Made by a program: the position numbers and the translations under genes. Positions 55,697 through 64,000 of a DNA stretch of 64,000 nt are shown piece by piece; the first letter of the stretch is position 1; the number at the start of each line of letters is the position of its first letter. Under the pieces are notes generated by a model, which was given only the letters and a program-made list of their open reading frames with translations, was not told where the DNA came from and ran no database searches. Source of the stretch: Azolla caroliniana (lineage: Eukaryota > Plantae > Polypodiophyta); NCBI GenBank assembly GCA_043228905.1, contig JBHGNT010000010.1:15252001-15316000 (forward strand), read 5' to 3'.

Positions 55697-58380
55697 TGTA
55701 AAGAATCATGAGTGATTCTATGCAGCGAAAAGTGTGTGTATGTGTGTGTAGTCAGGAGAGAGAGAGAGAGAGAGAGAGAGCAGAGCAGAGCAGAGAGCAG
55801 AGGTATATAAAAAAACTGGAAAATTGTATTTAACAATAATAAGACAACCAACCATTACGAGGAGGAGGAGGAGATAGGTGCTTATGTAGTCACATTCTCT
55901 CTGTGTTCTCTTTCTACAACTACCACTTACTAAAGAGAGGGGGAGACTTAACTACGGTAAATATGTGCCATAGAACTTTAAGGTTCTATGACACACTAGT
56001 TACTATATTAGGAGGTGGGGTGTTCACACACTAGGGTATGCTAAGATGTTTCTTACACTAGGAAAGTTGAGTTTGATTCTCAACATGCCCCTTCAAACAC
56101 AACTTTCGTACCCCCACGAGAATACACTTCTCCATTTTTGGATCGAGCTTTTGTAGTTTTTTATCGGGAATACGTGTGAAGGCAATAGAACTGAATATCA
56201 TGACGTGGGATAAGTTCGGTTTCTTTCCATAGAACTTCTCGTGGGGGGTAATATCATACACTCCAGATATTGTGTAGCAATTCATTAGATAGATAGTCGT
56301 GTTCGCCGCTTCAGCCCAATATGAATTTGGCAAATGTTTCTCGTTCATCATTGCCCTTGCCACCTCAACTATATGCCGGTTCTTTCGTTCGACTACTTTG
56401 TTTTGTTGAGGTGTGTGTTGGCATGTGAACTACTGTCGAATTCCTTATGGTCAAAGGTATGTTATGAAGGCATCAGAGAATACTCCTTTCTGTCGTCTGA
56501 TTGAAGACATTGAACATGCCGACTGGTTGCCTTTTTTACTTCATTTTTGAATTTTTGGACGTGTGAGAACGCTTCACTTTTCTGCCGCATTGGGAATATC
56601 CAAGTGTGCTTGGAGAAGTCGTCGATGAACATCACATAGTACCAGCAACCACTGAATGTTGTCGTTTGGGTTGGTTCCCATACATTTGAATGTGTTACAT
56701 CCAAGATCCCTTTGCTCACTTTCCTCTCCTTTGGGAACGGTTGTCGGTGTTGCTTGCCGAATTGGCAGGCTTCGCATACACCTGTAATCTCCTTCTCAAC
56801 AAAGGTCAGAAGTCTGATGATGACTCCTTTCGACTGCATTCCTTTGAGCTTCTTGAGATTAATGTAGTTTATTCTTTCGTCCCACAATTCTATGTTGGCG
56901 TCAACTTTATAGCCCTGGGCAAACATTGTCGATTTCATCTCATGAGAATCGAGGATGAACATTCAACCTTCTCTTCGACTACAAGCAATAATTCGACCTT
57001 CCTTTTCGATGAAGCAACCACCATCATTGAATCGAACTTGCATGCCTTGTTCCACGATCTGGCCGACTGAGACCAAATTCTTCGTTATAGTTGAAACATG
57101 CAAGACATTCTTGATGTAGGTCTGATTGCCCTCTTCGCCAAAAGGGATATTTCCAATATGCTGAATGGGGTGGATTGTGTCATTCCCTGTTTCCACATAG
57201 TCGGGTCGTTCGGGTTTTCACAATTCTCAGAACCAATTTTTCATGAGACGTCATGTGATTGGATGCACCCGAATTGACAAACCATACATTTTCCGAGTTG
57301 GAGGTGCTTGTCGAGCATGATGTCGTAATCAAATTTGCTCTATGCCACATCATGAACATTCCGCCACGATCGTCGTAGTCGGAGTTTGAGGCGTAGTTGG
57401 TGAGTTGTCGGCTTGTGGAGGCTATCACTCACTCTTCTTTTTGTGACGCTCTACCATGTGGTGGTTGTTGTCCGTGGGCCAATTTTGTAAATTAAGTATG
57501 AAACGAATCCAAAGGTGGGCGAAGTAGGTAAAGACAACCGAAATCAGGAAGTTAACGAGGAACACAACCAACCGTAATACGTGCAACCAAAAACGAGGGA
57601 AGAATAAAGCATGCCAAGCGAGAAGAAGGAAAGAACTATAAAAAAACGTGGAGCAGAACAAAGAAGAGAAGGGGAAGAGGATCTTATTAGATGAGATAGC
57701 ATATTTTGAAACATAACTATATTTACTTCTATCATAATTCCAGTCGTGACCCATGTACTATGTTTTTTTGGAATCATAATACATATACAAATTTGGGTCA
57801 ATATTCTGCTTTGTGTTAAGATCAATACGTAATTATCAATTCTTGAATTAAGATCTTGTCTATGACTGAGTACGCTAAACGTTCGTTACACGAACGGGTT
57901 GTAGAGCAATCCCACACGTATTTTGTTGTGTCCACCACGTACCACAACCCCCTTGGTCCGATTTCCGTAAGAAATCGAAGGTGTTGCTTCTGAAAAGGGA
58001 GACAACACAATTTGGCATGCCCGGTTCACGTTGTGCATCACATCGAACAAACGTCGGTGGACGCCCCCAGTCGTTGCTATAACAATCAACTAGTTCTTCG
58101 TGAATGTAGGCTTAGACATAACACACACAAACACGATGGGATTGGATCAAGCTACCAATCGCTCTAATATCATGTAAAGAATCAGGAGTCGTTCTGTGCA
58201 GCAAAAGGTGTGTGTAGTCGAGAGAGAGAGAGAGGAAACAAAGTTATATAAAAAATCGAAAAACTATATTTAACAAGAATAAGACAACCAACCATTATAA
58301 GGAGGAGGAGATAGGTGCTTATGTAGTCACTTCTCTCTACGTTCTCTTTCTACAACGACCACTTACTAAAGAGAGGAGAT
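55697..58380 (-). mobile_element. Internally deleted Ty1/Copia element
   Basis: LTR 55697-56085 and a truncated homologous LTR 58173-~58380. Degenerate PBS (TGATATTAGAGC) and PPT about 56086-56096. Protease WFVNSGASNHMT and integrase (CEACQFGKQHR; YYVMFIDDFSKHTW; YWAEAANT). RT and RNase H are absent. Confidence 0.88.
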
Positions 58381-58734
58381 AGATGCCCCACGCTCGGGAG
58401 AAAGCCCACCCCATTCACACACGATATTTGATGAAACAAGAAGAAGGCCCTGCCTTAAAATTATTTGGATCAACCTTGAAGTACCATCAAACAAGGAGAA
58501 CGATCCATCTTGAAAATAGTTGGATCGACCTCAAAGGTGCACAATGTCTCCTATCTGAATATCGTACCCTCTCACGACAAAAAGGCTTGTTGCAAAGCTT
58601 ATGAGGAAAAAAAGAAAAGGTAATATGAAGGATGTATTAGAAGATAGAAAGATGCACTAGGAGGAAAGAAAGATATTTGAAAAAGTAAGGACTTGCAACA
58701 TATAGGAACTAACTCGTGTATTTTTTGGATATGT

Positions 58735-59410
58735 TTTGAAATTGCAATGGATAACCCGTGGAATGTGGGTGATAACATGGATGAAGTGACCAATGAATCG
58801 GTTATTGCATCTCTTGTTGAAGCTTGGGGTCATGATACTTATGAGGATTCAAGGTTAGACAAAATATAATGTATATTCTTTGATGTGAGCCAAAAAACTA
58901 AGACGTTCATTAAATAGGGCAAACAAGGTTTATACGTTTGATTGAGAAGGAATTAGAAGATTGACTCTATTGCTAATGATGATGCAAATAAGCATTGCAT
59001 ATAGCTTAAGATAATGACATTTCCACCTTTGGAGCAATTGGATGCTACATCCCTCATCATGATTATGAAAACTTGTTCGGATACAAGACAAAAAACTCTC
59101 AAAAGGTGACATTTCTAACTTCACAGCTAATGGTGAGGCTATTATCCTTGGTGATGTGGATGACCACACAAGAATTTAGCAACATGATGCATACCAATAT
59201 TTCATACCACATATTTCAATGATGCAAGAGGATATACACATGCATGGTGACTCTTCTATGGATCAAAAAGATTATGGTTACTATGAGAAGTCAAATCTAC
59301 AACTGTGCAATAGTATCACAATGTTTATTGCAAATGGTGTATACTTATGGAATGAAAGTAATGAATTTATTTGTAGAAAACATGATAAATATAGTGTAAC
59401 TTGAATATAT
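58735..59410 (+). mobile_element. LINE endonuclease remnant, same family as 1-1440
   Basis: Aligns by eye with the reverse complement of about 120-560. Motifs AIGCYIPH, GEAIILGDVDDHTR, FIANGVYLW. Confidence 0.7.
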
Positions 59411-59594
59411 ATAAAGAGACATTAGAAAATGAATATTTTGTTTCGTTTGAGTATAATGTAGTAAATATGCATTGGATTGTATAAATAATATGCAAAATGA
59501 AGGTGTTTCCCTAAACCCTTGTATAGTTGTTTGGAGCTCGAAAATGAGAAGAGAGAAGAGAGCTTAATATGCATTTCATAACATACACGACAAT

Positions 59595-60607
59595 TAGGGA
59601 TCGACAACGGCTCGGCTCAAGCCTAAACTAGTTTAAAATGGCTCAACAGCTCAACCCGGGTTGGTTTAGGCTTGAGCCTACCTAAACAGTTTGAGATCGG
59701 CTTGAGCCTTGCCAAACCGGCTCAAACCATTTAAGTTGTTTATGTGATTTAATAATTAGGGTTTAGAAGGTTAGCAATTAGATGATTAGAACTTGAGAGA
59801 GAGACTGACATGAAGCCATAGGAAACGACTGTTGAGTGACGAGTCTCCACACAAATGCGAGAGAGGGAGGGAGGGAGGGAGAGGGAGCCTACATAGTGGG
59901 ATGACAATGAGGACCTTCCTTCTTGCTGTTATATACATTCTTTCTGTACATATAGGTAAAAACTTAGTTCCAATTCTCTCTAAGTTGAACTTAGGACCTA
60001 GAATGTGGCGAGCTCGACCTGAAGGTGTTTGAGGGATGGGCAATAACAATCAAGAATAGACATATTGAGGTCCGGGAAAGGGTTACATCGACTCTCTCGT
60101 CGTGAGCTCACTCTATTGGAGGTGCTCGAGGGTTGGGTGATAGCAATCTACAAAGGAAGATGACGAGGACGATAGGGGTGGGGGGGCATGTCAAATTTGG
60201 AGAAGGATTGGATCACCAAGAGTGAGAGGTTGCCATAGCCTCGGGGCTCGTGGTTCGGGTGGTAGGAGGCAAGGGATTCGTGGATGTCGGTCAACCAATT
60301 GTAGTAGTCTACGAAGAGAGAGTCATGGACGTGGTACTTGGAGTTAAATTTGGACTCATTGGTGGTAAGGTTGAGGGGGTGGGAGTTATGAGGAGGAGGA
60401 GAAGATGAGGAAGTGGTAGTGGGTTTCTTCACACCTCTAAAGCTTTTTCGTCCCAAACCAATTCACAAACCAATTCCAACTGGTTTAGGGATGGGTTTCG
60501 TTTAGTTTGGTTCAAGTTTGCGAACTCCAAAATGATTTAGGCTTAATTGGTTGTGCTTGGATAAGTCTAAATAAGTTAAGCCTAAACCGAACCGTTGCCG
60601 ATTCCTA
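59595..60607. mobile_element. Non-autonomous hAT-like TIR element with a captured gene fragment (Pack-type)
   Basis: 16-bp TIRs TAGGGATCGACAACGG / CCGTTGCCGATTCCTA (2 mismatches) and subterminal GCCTAAAC/AAACCG repeats. The interior holds a decayed ORF. No clear TSD. Confidence 0.75.
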
Positions 60608-61342
60608 ATGTTGACAATGGAGAAATGGCTTTTCAAGAAACACATATTTGACATTTTTGTAACACTAATGCTTCATTATGGGACAACATTTTGAAGTTTG
60701 CTTGGAATGTGTTCAATAACACATACATATAAAGCTTCTTCATGTCGAGCCACACACATTATACATGTTTCTACTCCTGAAACCAAACTTCTTCTCATTG
60801 AAAACCTATGTGAGCGCGAATAATTTCATTCCCTTTATTATTCTTCCCTTGTTTTTGTTTTTCTTCTTCTTTTTTTGGAGGGGGGTGTTATTCGAGGGCA
60901 TCTGGGGGGAAATCGAAAAAAGATTGAGGAGTATGCTTTGGAATTTTTCCAATTTGTCAATCGCAAAAAACAACCAAATTCAAATAAATGATCATCAATT
61001 GGTTGAGGGTTTCATACACGACAAATGAGATCCTCCCCCCATCCCAAAAGGAAGAACGATGAAGGGGAGGGAAGGGGGGGGGGGTATTCCAACTCATTGA
61101 TCACAAGAACAACCAAATTCGAACAAACGATCATCTGGTCGAGGATTTCGTATGATAGATGACATTCCCCCCCCCCCCCTTCCCAAGAAAACTCATTGAG
61201 TTCTGGAAGGGAGACATTCATGTGTGAATGAAGGGATCGGATGGGATGCCTCAAAAACAGAAAAGAAAAGGAAGGATTGTTTTGTTATATCACATCCATC
61301 CATTCCTTTACTCTTCTCATGCCTTTTGTTCTCATGTCCCCC

Positions 61343-61658
61343 TAGGAATCGGCAACGGTTTTAGTTTCAGCTTAACTGGAATGGCCTTGTCCAAATCAAA
61401 CCGGCTAAGCCTTAACCGGGTTGGGAGTTTCAAAACTTGAACCGAACCGGTTCCTAAACCGGGTTGAACAAACCGGTGAAGCCAAGCCGATTAAGCCTTA
61501 ACGGGTTGGGCCAAAATCGGTTCGGTTCGGTTCGGCTTGAGCCCCCCCAACCCCCCCTTCTTCAACTTCTTCTTCTTCTTCTTAGCCTTCTGCTGCCTAC
61601 TGTGGTGCATCCACACATCTTCTGAGAGGGACATCCTCTTGCCCAAGCCATTACAAAT

Positions 61659-61708
<50 letters not shown>

Positions 61709-64000
61709 AGTCTGTGAAAGACAATGCAAACATTGAGGCTGTGGCGAACTTCAGGTAAGCTTCCTTCCTTCCTTCCTTGGAATCTTTATCTCTTTCTTTG
61801 TTTCTTTACTTCTCCCTTTCTCTGCGAAACTTGGAATCTCTCCTTCCCTTGCTTTGGAATTGTGAAGCTTTCTAACAGATTTGCATTCATATCTACATAC
61901 ACATATGTATCAGGAGCCATAGAAGCTGCATTAAGATTTTCTACTATTATTCCTAGCGCTCTTCCACTTTCTCATCGCAAACATGTGAGAGGAGGAGGCG
62001 GAGGAGGAGAAGGAGTAAATATCAGACCTTGTATTTCTTGGTCTCCTTTCCAGATAAGAAGAAGAGGCCTTCTTCGGCAACAAGCTCGTGCTCAGCTTTT
62101 AGAAAAGAATGCCAACACGTGTATCGTTCTCTCTCCTGAAGAGAAGGTCTCTAATAGGTCAGCTCAGATCAAGCTTTCAACAATGTTTATTTTCTAATTT
62201 TTGTCACGATGAATGTTAGAAACTCGAGAAAAATATCTGGATTTTATTAGAGGATAATGCTAGATCAGACTCAAGAAGATGGAAGTGAAACATCAAACTT
62301 TCACCACTTAATAGAAATATTTCGATTAGAAAAAACAAGTGAATATTTGGAGAAGAATTTCAAAACTTGTATCGGCCTTTTCTGTAGGAAGAGTATCGAA
62401 ATGCTCAGTTTTAGTAGGTTTATCAATAAATACTTTCAATCATCACAGGAATTTTCAGAAATTTGTGTCACTGAGCTCGTTGGATTTTTTTTAGCATTGA
62501 GAGCTTCAATTTATTTATTTTTACATTGGATTAGATTCAAGAAGCTCTAAGCTGGAAATACTGAGAATATCCTGGAGCTGATACACAGATTCATGAAGAT
62601 GAATTCAGCAATTATGAATGTTTTCAGATATACTAGATTAGATTCAACAGATGAAATTCAGGAAATTCTGAATATTTCTGTGAAGACTGCAAATAATTGT
62701 ATCACTTTTTCTCTGGAAGAGGTTTCTAGGAGGTCAAGTCAGAGCTATTGACGATAAATAATTTGAAATTAGAAATATTTTGGAGTATCCTTTTTATATT
62801 ATTGGATGGCAATATTACATTAAATTTTAAGAAGATAAACTTGTGAAACAATTTCTAACCCTAAATAATTTTTCATGGAAACTCTGTACTTCAAGTGGTT
62901 TGTGAATTGATTGTTGGGGAAACAAGCACAAATAAGTGATATAGACTTAGTATTTAATGTGAATGGATAGTGTCCACATCATCGTATGCATGCAAATTGT
63001 GGTATCACTACTTCTCATGTGGAGCATTTGTCAACACAGAAATGAGAGCGTGTTTCTCTGAAATCTCGTGTAGCGGTAATAATCTCTAACTAAAAGTTTT
63101 CATATATTAAGTATAACTCAAGAAAAACTTTCATCGACCTGTAGGATGTCTCTGTTGTTAGGATCCATCCAATGCAAAGGGATCTTGATTGATCTAACAC
63201 ATTACAAAGAGTGTGATCGCGGTGTAAGAGGGTTGTCTAATAAATCCATCTGCTGATACGTATAGGGAGAGGCATAGGTACTGAGCTATCTTCCTACTAT
63301 AGTTTATGGTAAGAAACAATGACAGTTGTAAATCCGAATTTCTAGATCTCAGCAACAAAATCAGAACACAAACTTTTTTTGTTTCATTTTTAAATCTAGA
63401 AATAGCTAAAGTAATGCTGGAAAACAACACTTCTAGTGCAAGGGAAATTGCCAATATGAGTATTGCTTAAAATTTCCCGTAAAACTTGTATCATTGTTGT
63501 GATTTGCAAATGATTGTTTATGTCTTACCAAATTAGCAACTTCATATTTCTATTGAGTATTTGGAAACTATTGTCATCCCTTCTATAGATTGTCTCTTTT
63601 CTAAGGTGGAAGTTTTTGTTGTTATGCTTGGTCTAATTATGTTTTGTACTGCAGGCGTGATAGCTACACCAGTCTTTTTCCTTGTCCTGAGGACAGCACA
63701 ACACCACGAACAGAGCATTTAGTTTGTTTAGAAGATGGGAATATTGTTGAAATAGTGTCCAAGTCTCTTGATCTTCCTACACAGTAAGTACAACTACTAG
63801 TCTTTGATATGATAAATATCTTGAATTCTATGAAGTGAAAAAAGATACTGAAGGTTTCTATTAGACTTTGCATTTCTTTATAAGGTTTTTTGATGCCGTA
63901 GAATTTAAAATGAAAGATTAGTTTCAAAGATATTAGAGAAAAAAACATTCTTTTTTTCCTCACTAGCAGTTGGACACATGTATCCAAATCACTTGGAGAG
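61343..64000. mobile_element. Left end of a larger hAT-like TIR element of the same family; the other end is not in the window
   Basis: Begins TAGGAATCGGCAACGG, the exact reverse complement of 60592-60607, then about 200 bp of well-preserved AACCGG/GGTTC subterminal repeats. The interior has exon-like pieces. The right-hand extent is unknown. Confidence 0.6.

Overview
Eukaryotic land-plant nuclear DNA. It is most likely a fern, inferred from the style of the PLS-class PPR gene, the Tcn1-like chromoviruses and the LINE type. Three apparently intact genes are supported. (1) A minus-strand euAP2/APETALA2-like transcription factor (9458..3468, about 8 exons, about 891 aa) with a canonical miR172 site and a degenerate second AP2 domain. 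(2) An intronless 1080-aa PLS-E PPR protein (43083..46325) with no DYW domain. (3) A 9-exon CDC48/p97 AAA+ ATPase (53803..47676, 816 aa). The rest is AT-rich intergenic DNA, microsatellites, a PPR pseudogene, and a nested retrotransposon cluster at about 29.6-41.8 kb, where a full-length Copia sits inside a Ty3/Gypsy integrase and a solo LTR sits inside a second Gypsy. There is also a further deleted Copia, two LINE remnants, tRNA-derived SINE-like heads, and a family of hAT-like TIR elements that appear to carry captured host exons. Most short ORFs in the track are spurious (microsatellite or antisense). I found no clearly new multi-gene system. The best leads are the AP2 architecture, the Pack-type exon capture, the PPR target prediction and the paired SINE-like insert upstream of CDC48.
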